Assembly (NCBI GenBank): GCA_000442015.1
Contig: KE561068.1
Span: forward strand, 62,001 to 113,517
Direction: 5' to 3'
Source of the DNA: Rozella allomycis CSF55
Taxonomy: Eukaryota
Length of the DNA: 51,517 nt
A program made the translations under genes and the position numbers. Every line of letters begins with the position of its first letter. Positions within the stretch are counted from its first letter, which is position 1. Shown here in pieces: positions 37,958 through 49,906 of this stretch. A model generated the notes under the pieces. The model worked only from the letters and a program-made list of their open reading frames with translations. It was not told where the DNA came from and did no database searches.

Positions 37958-40089
37958 ATGAGTGAACTAGATGATTTGGAGAATTCACTGTTTGGATTCA
38001 AGCCAGGTACGCCAAAAAGGTGTTCTGAAAAGATTCTAAAGTTAATAAGGCTCCTCAAGCGAAGATTCAAGTAGTATCCAAAAGTAATTTGAAGAGCGAC
38101 AGGAGACATTCAAGACCAAGTTCTTCAATGTCAACTGATAGAAGAGATATTAATTCGGCCACAATTCCGATGAAAGAGGATGAAAATGAAGATATTTTAA
38201 AACAGCTAGGTCTAGCTGATTCTCCATCCGCCAAGTAAGCGTGCAGAAAGTCAAATTTGAAGGAGCGTCATCGACGCCGCTGTCGTAAAAACGGAAGATG
38301 TACCGACTTTTCTTGAAAAAGCAGATTCTCTAAGACGAAGACGGAGAAGAACAATTGATGTTGGTCAACCTTTAAACGAGATTGATAAATCAGAAAAGCA
38401 CGAAGAAAATGCCACAGACGATGGCAAGATTAGTGGTGATACTAATTTGACAAAGAAAGTGGTAGAGCTTCAAAGAGAGCTCCGAAGGTCTAGTTCAAAC
38501 AATAATGACGTAATTCAGGCACATCAAAAATCCATCGAAGATTACACTAAGAAAGTGTTGGAACTTAAGGATTTACTATCTACTGAAAAGAAAAAAGTTG
38601 AAGATTTAGAACGCAATATGACTGACCTGTCACAAAAATGGAAAGACGATGTGGTAATTTATCGTCCTAACTGGGATAAGGAAAAAATTCGAAATGAAAA
38701 TGACCATAAAATAAGCGAAATAAATTCTAAGCATCTACAGGATATACAAAACTATAAAAAAGAAAGGGAAAGTATACTATCTTTAAAGGATATGTATTCA
38801 AAAGCAGAAATAGCTACCAAAGCTTTGTCAAATTTAGAAAATATACTAAAAGAGAACTTGCAGACACAAAATGAAGTAAATTGATAAGAAATTTATCTTT
38901 GACAAGAGAAAATTGTTATTTGGTTCGAGAAAAACACCTCATAGAATGTAGGCAAGAAATTGAATTTGAAAAGCAAGCATTAAAAATTGAAAAAGAAAAG
39001 GTATTACTTATTGTTATTGGTAATAAAAGTTGCAGAATCTCATGGATTCCCTTCAAGAATCAATTAACGCCTATAAATGCCGCGAAGAAGATTTAAAAAG
39101 GCAAATTTCATTAGAGAGAGAATATCTTCAAACTAAGATCAATGAAATTTTGAAAGACAAAGCTGCTTATGACAAAAGAATGCAAGACGATTCATTAGAA
39201 GTAGAGAAAATTAAAGAAGAATTCAGAAAAGAAAAGAAACTTTTGTTGGAGGATATTCAAAGAGTAAATACGGAAAAATAACTAAAAAAGGAAAAAAGTG
39301 AACTGAGTATGGAAAAGAATAGAATGCGTATTGAGGCCGAGAGACTTCGTGAATTAGAAGCAGAAACGAAACGCCGTATCGCTATTTTAGAATCTCAAAG
39401 TCAATCAGGTAAAAATTAGTAGTAATTAAGAAAGATTTACAAAATGCCGAAAGAGAAAGAAGCAAAATTGATCAAGAAAAATCGGAGATATTGCGTGAAA
39501 AGTCCATTTTAGGAGCAGAGCGTGACCGGCTAAAACATTTGAAAGATGCTATAGACATTGAATCTGAACAATTAAAAATCAACAAACAAAGTTTTGAATC
39601 AATGTACGCTGCCGCTTTTGACTCTAGGAGAGAAGCCCAACGAGAAAAGAGGGAAGCTGACCTTTTGAACCAAAAAAATATGAAATTATTACAAGAATTG
39701 GAACAAAAAGATCATTTGGTATTTATCATATTGGTTTGGTATAGATTAACATGAAAGAAAGGGAATTACGGAAAACACAAAAGAAGATTCAAAAAGATCG
39801 ACTAGCGATTCTTCAATCATCTTCGAAAATTAATATGCTGGAGAATGAGAATGAAAAGTCTGTTGAGGATTATAACATTGAAAATCAATTTCACATTTCA
39901 CCTAATTCGAAGCACGATGCCTTTGATATTCAACCAAACAAAAATTATCCAAGGCCACAATACATTCAACCATTAAAATCGATACGTAATCAAGGCCAAA
40001 TAAAGAATGCTTTAAAGTACCTGGCCTATGATCAAGGTCACAATGATATCTTATCACAACAGAAATATTTGACACAATTGAAACAATAA
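37958..40089 (+). CDS. Long coiled-coil protein, FBF1-like (centriole distal appendage) tentative; about 8 introns
   Basis: Exons join into one E/K/R-rich coiled coil. TRENCYLVREKHL and C-terminal ILSQQKYLTQLK recall FBF1. Gene is solid; identity is weak. Confidence 0.55.
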
Positions 40090-40096
40090 ATCATGT

Positions 40097-40791
40097 TTAT
40101 AATTTTGATTTTGGGTAAACATCTATTTTAAATTCAGGTGTAATTCTTAGGCAAACACCGTTTATCGATCTATCGTCCAAAGCTATTTCAAGAGCTTTTA
40201 TAACATAAGATATTGGGATGAGGTATTTTTCATATAGACGTTTGTCCACGCCTTTTAGTAACTTTGTTTCTGCAAATGAAGGACACAAGCACGCTATACG
40301 AATTCCGTTCTTTTTTGCATAGTCGCCTAATGCTCTAGTGAAACTAACAATACCCGCTTTAGATGCAGAGTAAACAGGCGCGCCTTTGAAAGGGTATATT
40401 CCGCTCAACGAAGATATATTTACAATGAGCCCATTTGGTTTCATTAGATTAAAAGCCATGTAGGTTCCATGTATAGTTGCGGTGAAATTGACATCAATCA
40501 GTCTTTGATGCTCTGACCATTCTGTATTTAAAATCCTTTCGACGATTCAATTATGCCGGCATTATTAATAAACAAATCGAATTTTCCGTGACTATTTGAT
40601 ATATCTAACAAACTTTTTTTGAACATTCCTTGATTTGTAATGTCGCATGGATAAAACATTGTCCCGGGTGAATTCGTTTGTAATGAATCGGCCAAATCAA
40701 TTATGCAGCAAAAATAATTTCTTTTCTTTAACATTTCTACAAAAGCAGTACCGAATCCACCATTTCCACCAGTAATGACAGCTATTTTCAT
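40097..40791 (-). CDS. Short-chain dehydrogenase/reductase (15-PGDH-like) with a frame break near 40530
   Basis: TGGNGGFG, NNAG, NISS, YSASK, LCPSFAET. Confidence 0.88.
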
Positions 40792-40822
40792 GAGTCTTTA
40801 GTTTCCTGAATTTTCCTAGTGG

Positions 40823-43800
40823 ATGTCAAAGTTTGCATTTCATGTAGAAAAGGATGAGGAAGAGGAAGAGTCGAACAACCCATTTATCGACAATAATTCG
40901 AGCCGAAATAATGTTTCAAGAAAAGGGTCAACAAATAACCCATTTGAATTGATGCTTGAAAAGAACAAGAATACGATGTCGCAGATGGAGTTGCAGAAGA
41001 ATAAGAAGGATAAAAATGAGGAAATAAAAAGCAATAATCCATTTGAGAATATGATCTCGAGTAATGAGAAAAAGTCCAAGAACTCTGTGGCCAATTTGTA
41101 TTCGAGTAATAATCCATTTGAAGAGGAATTAAAATCTGAAAGAAAAAATAGTTTGGATGAAATGAAGAGACGGGGTTCGGTGAATGAGATTAGAGATAAA
41201 AGAAAAGCATCCATGTTTAAACCTGAAGACGTTGAAATTTCTGCAATTGATGGAGACAAGTCGCAAAATTTAGGATCTGGAGAATTAGAGACAATTGAAT
41301 GGACAAGACAGGAGGAGATGGCTGTTTTGGAAATGTATCATTTGGAAACATTACAGCCAACCGAGTGGAATGACGCACCAGCAATGAGGAAAATGGAAAG
41401 CATGGCAAGATTGAATATTGATCATCCAGCACATGCATCGATAGCCAATATAGCTGAACATTTGCATGAAGAAGAAGATCCGCTTGGTATAAATGCAAAG
41501 TAGGCAAAGCAATTTAATGATTATAAAGGAACAGAAGGAATAAAGGAATGACTCTACAAAAGACAATATCAAGTTTAAATTTAGATGGGAGTGGGATAAA
41601 GTTTTCTAGCAAGAATTTTGATCCTGTGGCGTACCTTATCCATGTGCATGGGTCAACATTATATTCTGATTTGATTAAAGGATCTGAAAGTAAAATATAA
41701 TTTTGAAATTTAAAGATTTGAAAAGATCTATAAAGGAAAAACAAGAATGGTCAAAAAAGTTGGTGAAACAAAACTTTGATAGGTTTGTGCATGCCAAGAC
41801 TCTTGTAGATAGTAATGTATTGATGATGAAATGAATATTAGATGTTTATAGAGAGATGAAGGATAATGTGTTTAGAAAACCAGAGTTTGGGACAAGAGAA
41901 GCAAACAAGTTTATTTCAGAATCATTTAACGTCTCCGATCATCTTTATAATCCAATTATTGAGAGAAGAGATAAAACTGAGAAAATTCGACTTCAACTTT
42001 CAATTTTGGAACAATTTAAATTTTTCTTTTCTTTACCTAAATTAATGAAATCATATTTGATCAAAGTAAATCAAATTGCTTAAATTTTAATAGAATGAAT
42101 TTGATCAAGCAGTAAAAGATTATAAAAAGGGAAAGTTTGTTATAAAGTCACATGAGCAAGATGTGTTTAAACACATTTGGAAAGAAGTTTTGTTGACTGT
42201 TAAATCCATTCAAGAAAAGTTAATAAAGAAATTATCAGATTCATTTCAAGATGTGAATATTCAAGAGAAAATAATTCAATCTTTGATAGATTTGGATATT
42301 GAAAGCGATCCAATCTCTATTTATTTAACAAATCAGAAATCTTTTATAATTTCCAAAATAGATTCAATAAATAAAAAATTCAAATATTTAGATCAAGATA
42401 TTTTAAGAAATTATGAAATCAATAGACAATCTTTAGAATATCTCTACAAGGACAAAAAAGATCATATTCAATATTTAAGAAAAATGTTAATAATTTCTGT
42501 TACAGATCAAATAGATTCAAATTTCTCAAATAATGTTCAACATTCATTGTGGAATTCTAGATTAAATTTAATAAATGAAATAAACAATGAATTGATGTTG
42601 CAAATTACTAATTTATGGAAAGTTTCTAAACCATTTCATTCAAAATCTAAATCTATCATAAATCAAGTTCAAAATATTCTTGAAGAAATATCAAACATTT
42701 CAATCTCTTGCATTAATGAATCTTTTTCTTTCAAAAATAATCTTTCTAAAATTGCTTCAAGTGACGTTCTTGCTATTTCGCATTACACCTTGAAAATAAT
42801 AAATAATTTATCTTTAACATTCAATCAAATTAAAAGTTTAAGACAAAACTCAAATCTTCTTTACAATTACGCAGAATTTATCTTAAACTTGAAAAACTCT
42901 TTTATAGATTTTATTTCAACATCTTTAATGAATGGTATGAAATTAAATTTTATTTTAATAAAGAAATAAATGAATTTCATGTTTATGAAACTTGGTCCTC
43001 TGATCCAGACCCATTGGATATTACATCATGCACAAGGGTAGCTTACAGAATAATGAAATACGCCTTGCGATCAATTTATATTCTCCATTCAACAGAAATA
43101 ACTATAGAAAAAGAAAATTATCCAATAGAAAATATCAAATCTACTTTTATTCAATGTCTAACCTCATATCTAAAAGGACTAAAATTTACAGCATTTCAAT
43201 TTGAAGATTTCCTCTTAGAACAATCAGCCTCTGGAATCTACAATTTTTCAAACACTTCAGAAAAACTATCCTCAAATCCAATCTATTACATTTCCACAAG
43301 CGGTGCTCACATTCTAGTTAATAACAATGTAATAATTTTTTATCGTCATTAAAAGGAAAACAGATACTTAATACTTTTAGGAAACCTTTTATACGCAAAA
43401 AATATAATGTTCCCAAAGTTAATTTCCCTGTTTAGCGAGATGTTTGAATGTAGAATTGAAATAAATGTAACCATATTCGACTTAATAAATAGAATATCAT
43501 CAAATTAACAGAAGAAATTGAAGATTCTTTATTTGATTCTTACTCTAATCCAATTCTCATTACAGTAAAGGAAATCAATACGCATGGTTTATCCTCCCCT
43601 CCGAATTGGCACTCATCATTAACCTTTGAAGGTAATCCATCATTTATTTATAAATAGATATTCGATTTTACGTGCCAAAAGTATTAATGCAAATTGTACA
43701 TCACTTCTCCCAAATCATGGACGTCTCAAAACCATTGGTAAACCGCTTCATTCCCTACTTTGTTGAAAATATTTACTTTTACATTCTTGAATACTTAGCA

Positions 43801-44040
43801 TCAATAACTTCAATTTCAAAGGGCGCATGCCTCCAACTGAAACTCGAATTTGACTACTTGGACGCTGTTCTGGCATCTTTCTACACCTCAAAAGCAGAAA
43901 GAAACTTTTCAAAATTACAAGAAACTATCATAAAGATGTCCAATTACTATGAACTAAACAAAGATGAAATAGAGAGTCTTAAAACTAAATTGCAGTCCAT
44001 GATACAATCCACAAAACTACAATTCTACTGTCTTTCCTAA
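40823..44040 (+). CDS. SEC5: Exocyst subunit Sec5 (EXOC2) with an NPF-repeat N-terminus; 8 introns
   Basis: DPLG, SSKNFDPVAYLIHVH, LVKQNFDRFVHAK, LEQFKFFFSLP, DYKKGK, STKLQFYCL. Intron 41500-41528 joins the NPF exon in frame. Confidence 0.9.
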
Positions 44041-44545
44041 TAAATATATATCATTTGCCATTATTTTGTTCAATTTTACAAAGGTCTTGCAAATGCAGAC
44101 ATTTTTATATTTCATCCCCAAATAATCATAAATTTGTTAAGATATCGAAATTGTTAAAGTTTATTTGTTTTCGATGAGAATTTTAATCACCTTTGTGTGA
44201 CATGCCGAACAGCCACCGTTTACCGAAAACGGCAAGTATGTCAAAATAAATGAACTTTCACGTAAAAAATAAAAAATAAATTCGTAAAGCAATAAATTTC
44301 TACAATATTCCTAAATAATCTACAACGGTGCACACGTGTGTTATTTTTGGCACTATTAGATCGTGGCTTAGCCCGAAATAACGGCTAATTGCAATGTAAA
44401 TACCGCTAATTTCATTAAATTACCGGTGAAAATTACATTAAAGTGAAAAATTAAATGTTCGCCTTGACATAAAGAAGACTAGAACAGCCGAACGTCTGGA
44501 AAATCAATAACGACCCCTTGCGATCACTTTTAATTTGCAGGGGTT

Positions 44546-45387
44546 ATGAATGACGAAGCAAACACCGGAGCCTTAAACGAACTTGTTAGGGCCATCGAAA
44601 AAGAAGAGAAAAATCCGGTATGTACAACATCGAAAAAGGTCGACAGAGAACCAACAAAACGCAGAAGACTCACAATGGAACAGCTCAAGATCCTAAACAA
44701 TTTTTTTGAACATACGTATTTTCCAACGCAACAACAACGTCAAGCTCTTGGAAAAGAATTAAATCTTCCGCCTAGAAGCGTGCAAATCTGGTAAGATCGT
44801 GTAGATGTCGATATAATAGGTTCCAAAACAAAAGGCAGGCACATCGTGTCAAACTTCGAAATGTAAAAAATACGCTTTTGCAGGAAAACGTGTCCAAAGA
44901 GAATAAGAAACGACAGGAAATGTTCAATGCATTGCTGACACCGCCACGAGGCCGACCACTCGCCATACGATCCCCACCGCGGCCAAAAGAAGATCCACAT
45001 ATGGAAAATGTACAGCGAATATCTTTAACAAACTTTCTTCCGACTTGGTCTCCCAGAGATGAACTGATATCACCTACAATAGATTCATTTCCGTTTTGTA
45101 CGCCGAGATTACCAGGAATGATTCCTTTAGCGGATCAAATACCGAACACTGTACCCGCCAGTCTAATTCTTTCGCCTATTAATCAATCCCATGATCGTAA
45201 AGAACAAAGCCACCAAAGGTTACCATCTCTACATTCTGTGATTGAGAACGTATCGAGTATGAACATGAAGCCGTATTCCGTAGATCCAGATTTATCGAAA
45301 CCTAATTTCCCTACAAGGTCCCATGCATCTAGATTGCTAGAGTCCTTGTCCAACACGTACGAGAATCTGTATCCAATAAACAAATGA
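44546..45387 (+). CDS. Homeodomain transcription factor; intron 44791-44819
   Basis: KRRRLTMEQLKILNNFF..FPTQQQRQALGKELNLPPRSVQIW|FQNKRQ. Confidence 0.93.
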
Positions 45388-45514
45388 AGTGTTGTAAATA
45401 AACATCTTTAGATGATAGTTCGTAGTTCATCTATAAAAAGTTCAATATTTAATACATGATAATTTATTGATGCTTTGAGGCAGGTAAAGAAAGGTTCGGT
45501 GTTCAAGATGCCGT

Positions 45515-45838
45515 TTACTCAATCTTGAAAGAATCCAGCGCAAAGTGGGGCCATATTTGTTCATTTTCAAAGTTTTTATCATATATGTCATCATAATCTT
45601 GATCAGCCATTGTTGGCTTGAGATTATCGGGTACCTTAATTTCCTCGTCAGGAAGTCGTTCCTTTTTAAAATTTTCAATTCTTTGAAATACTTTGTCAAA
45701 ATAGCAATTCTGGTGAATATGGTTGAATTGAGAGTCCTAGTATTCTAAAAACAAAAAGCGTACCATTCGAATGCCAATAATTTCGAGAATTTCACTGAAT
45801 TCAATAGACTTTAGATAACACGCGTGATTGGACTTCAA
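45515..45838 (-). CDS. Possible small gene (last two exons; start not found)
   Basis: LKSNHACYL..IGIRM, 27-nt GT-AG intron, DSQFNH..QIWPHFALDSFKIE*; no upstream exon resolved. Confidence 0.35.
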
Positions 45839-46050
45839 GCTAATCCTTCAAATAAATTTTAAAGTTAATGAGTTTCAGTTATCTCCATCCTTTCCCTTTG
45901 CAGAATAAACCAAAGGACATCACTAGACTTTAGGCATTAGATTGGGAAAGGCTCCATAATACCTGAAACGCGCAGTAATAAAAGTTATCCAACAAAGAAT
46001 ATTTTCCCATTCATGATAACATTGTACTATCTCTTTATGAAAATTCCAAC

Positions 46051-48226
46051 ATGGAAAGTCGAAATCGTTTAACAGGCATAGTCTACGATGAAAGAATGCT
46101 AGATCACAAAACTAGAAAAGATTACGTCGGTGTTCATCCGGAACGCCCAGAAAGGATCAAAGTTATATATGAGGCTATCCAAGATGTGTTGAAGAATAGC
46201 CCCGAAAAAACCATACATTATGCCATAGATGAATTAGACATGGACTGTCTAAGTATTGTTGAGGAGACACATGATCCCGAATACGTTAGACAGATTATGC
46301 TTTTGAGCAGTAACTACAACCGTCTTACTTATTCAGCGAGAAATGATATAGAATTAGACGCGATGCAAAAGAAATATGACTCAATATATTTACATCAACA
46401 AAGTGGAATTTCTGCCTTTATTTCATGTATGGGAGCTATTACATTGGCCAAACGAATTTTGCACAATGAAATCCAAAACGGTTTTGCCATTATTCGACCT
46501 CCTGGTCATCACGCTGAAACTAACTGTGTAAGTATTTTTGAAGCAATTAATTCAGGCAATGTAATATTATTGTAAAGTTGTATTCAGGGGATTTTGCTTT
46601 TTAAATAACGCGGCCATTACTGCAAATTATCTTAGAGCTAATGGAGTCGACAGAGTTTTGATTGTAGATTGGGATATTCACCACGGTAAGAAAGGATTGT
46701 TATATTTTGAAAGGAAACGGAACTCAAAGTATATTTTTCAATGATCCAAATGTATTGTATTTTTCTATCCATCGATATAACAACGGTGAATTTTATCCAG
46801 GTCGAAAAGATGCTTCGCCTGGTATTGTAGGAGGAGCGAGTGCATTAGGAAAGTAAGATGACCATGGAGATATCATAGAACCGTCAATGTGGGATGGTCA
46901 TCGTCAGGGGCTACTGACGCAGATTATTTATATGTATTCAATAATATTCTTATGCCTATTGCCCAAGAATTCAATCCTAATTTTGTAATTGTTTCAGCTG
47001 GATTTGATTCTGCAAAAGGGGACCCCATTGGTCAAACTTTAGTGACCCCGGAAGGTTATGGTCAAATGACTTACATGCTTTCTTCTTTAGCTAATGGAAA
47101 GGTTTTGCTACTTTTAGAAGTAAGAAAAAGTAACAATTTCTGAGTCAGGGTGGATACAGCTTGGATGCAATAAAGTCCTCGGCTGTTTCGTGCTTTAAAG
47201 TATTGACAGGTGATAGACCACAACCGATTTCAGATTATAATCTACGTAAACAAGCTGTTTTTGATGCAGAATCGACAATTATGTCCCATTCACGATATTG
47301 GAAGTGCTTGAAACCTAAATATGAGAATCTTAATGTTTCACATAAACAATGCAAAAGATTAAAAGAATGTATATCTAATTCAAGATGCTCAATATTAACG
47401 GGAAAGAAAATGTTTCCATTAAGCGTTGCAACAGAATACGATGAAATTTTCCCTCAAGCGACATTTTCAACGTAAACATGATTGTATTATTAAAATACAA
47501 AGAGCAAATTTACTAACCAACAATTCAATTTTAATTGTTAACGTCCATGAAATACCATTTGTTAAAGCCAATGAGCCTTTGTTAAACAGTCATATAAATG
47601 ACCTCACTGCTACAGTGGTAAGATAATTCCAATTATATTTTATGATATTCCCTGCTCTTCAGTACATTGATTATTTTCTAAAGAATGATTTTGCTTTAAT
47701 TGATATTTCTATTGGTCATCGTCAGAACAATGCTGGGCAACCAGGTGTAGAATCTTACGTCGCATGGGAATTGGAAAAAATGGAATCTTACTTGATTAAA
47801 GTTATTGCAGCCTTTGTAGAGTAATAGCAATTGTGTATAGTTGATAGTAAAACTGTAGCTCCAAGTATCATTTTCATTGGAACTGGAAAGCCCTTCAAGG
47901 CTCTTTTAAGAATATTGAGCAATATAAAAACTGAATCATCAACATTCAAACGAACCAAAGCTCTTATTGGATTCGTGACAGAAGTTCCCGCAATATCCCC
48001 GCAACCAAAGATTCAAGATTGGTTTCAAAGAGTAAAACAAGAAATGTTCTGAAAATAGATAAGCCTTATTTACTTGTCCCATATAAATATTAAAGAAGGT
48101 GTAAAGTTAAATTTGCTACCTTTTCTTAATTGTCATTCCGCAGGAAATATGAACTTGTACGAAGCCCTAGAAAGATACGAACGAAACGTGTTGGAATTTA
48201 TTTATTCAATCAAAAATCAAAAGTAA
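46051..48226 (+). CDS. HDA1: Class II histone deacetylase (Hda1/Clr3-like) with C-terminal Arb2-like region; includes a 5-nt microexon
   Basis: HPERPERI, RPPGHHAE, GFC, DWDIHHGNGTQ, VSAGFDSAKGDP, LLEGGY. Confidence 0.93.
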
Positions 48227-48253
48227 TAAAATCTATAAAATATTTTTTATTAT

Positions 48254-49498
48254 TTATGGTCTCCATAGAATTACTTTTTTAGCACGATGAATCGCTACTT
48301 TCAATTGAGAACCAACGTAAGTATCTGTCGTATTTGCTAAAATCTTTTCCATCTAAAACCTAAACCTTTGCTTGCTTACTTTTGGTAGTGCATGCTGCTC
48401 GAAATAGTGTCTTCCAGGATAATCTTCAGCGCAATTTGTAATGACTTGTATGGTCACAAGTTTGACAGCTTCTGATGGATCGTCTAGGAGAGAAATAAGC
48501 TGGCCTATTCCATCTCTATTCAAGAGTTTTTTGCCTTGAACGTTAATAGTAATTGCCATCAATGTATTTACGGCTTGCTCTCTTACAATCTCGTTGGGAT
48601 CAGATGTACACCTTGACAAGTATAATATTGCACCTTGCTCTACAGCCATTTCTTTGCCTTTGGATGTTGCACTATAAAATTACTTAAACAATAGTTACCA
48701 AAACATCGACAAAGTTTTGCATGTGGCAATTTTTAGTTCAAGAGTACAGTTTGCAAAGTCTTGAATCATTTTGATCAAATGTTCTAATATAGGGCTATTT
48801 AGTGCAACAACTTGATCGAAACGTATACAAAAGTAAAGCGTGTTAAGAATAAGTGCCTAATATAATTACCATATCTTGTATTACTCGAATATTTTGCTCT
48901 TCATTGGGAATTCGATCAATTAATGCTGGTACTTGTCTTTGAATTATAAGTTGCTCTACAGCCTTTTGATTTGATGAAGCTAGGCGGTAAATACTTAATT
49001 GCACATTTCTTCTCACCAAATAATCAAAATCATCAATCTTTGTGGAAATCTATTGTTCATTACCAATTTTGAAAGTTGAAATATGTATCCTTCCTCTACA
49101 AGGGCTTGACGACCAATGGAATGGCCTTTCTTGATTTCATGAATATTTTACTTGCAAATGAAGATATTATGTCAGTAGAAAACTGTCGAATAGCAGAGTC
49201 TTCTGATATTATCATCAGCTTTAAGACTCCAAGAATATCTATCACAAAAATATGCCGTTACTTGTACTTGTCTTTAGGCCATCTACAATGTTCTCCGGTT
49301 TATGCATCAATTCTGCGAGTGAAATCAATCCTTTTGTCTTAATCAGTAAATCAGCCTCTTGTATATTCAATACCTTTGTATTCTTGGTTTAATATGTACT
49401 AGGTTTTGGACAGCTAAACATCCGAAAGATATCGGGCGGTGAAGAATATCAGATGCTGGTGGAAATCTGGCGTTGTAAAGAGCAGTTTCAAAATCCAT
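48254..49498 (-). CDS. RSPH14: Radial spoke head protein 14 (armadillo repeats)
   Basis: Spliced: PISFGCLAVQNL, LISLAELMHKPEN, ASHSIGRQAL, ITINVQGK, VITNCAEDYPGR; C-terminus VILWRP. Confidence 0.8.
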
Positions 49499-49906
49499 GT
49501 TTGCGCTTGGCAACAAGAGTAAATTACTTGCAGAAGGATCACTTTGCCGTCTTAATGTCTTATTCAAACAAATATAATAAAACTAAAATACATCTACACT
49601 CCAAAGGCTTTATCCGACGTCTTTGACTTTTCAATTGAGCCCGCCCAATTTCCTTTATTACAAAATACATTGCAAAATAATTGCTGCTTGAATAACATAT
49701 ACATATTCAAATCCCGCGTAGATAAATAATATCGCCTATCTGTTTTTGGGGTAAGATTTAAGAACATTTAAGGGGTTAATGGCCACCTTTAACGATGTCA
49801 GCCAATATTCATATCAAGCGGTAATTAAAATACGGTCTAAAAACGGGTTTTCATAATATTAGCTGCTATATTAATTGTTAAATTTCGGCCCAGTCACAAA
49901 TTAGTT

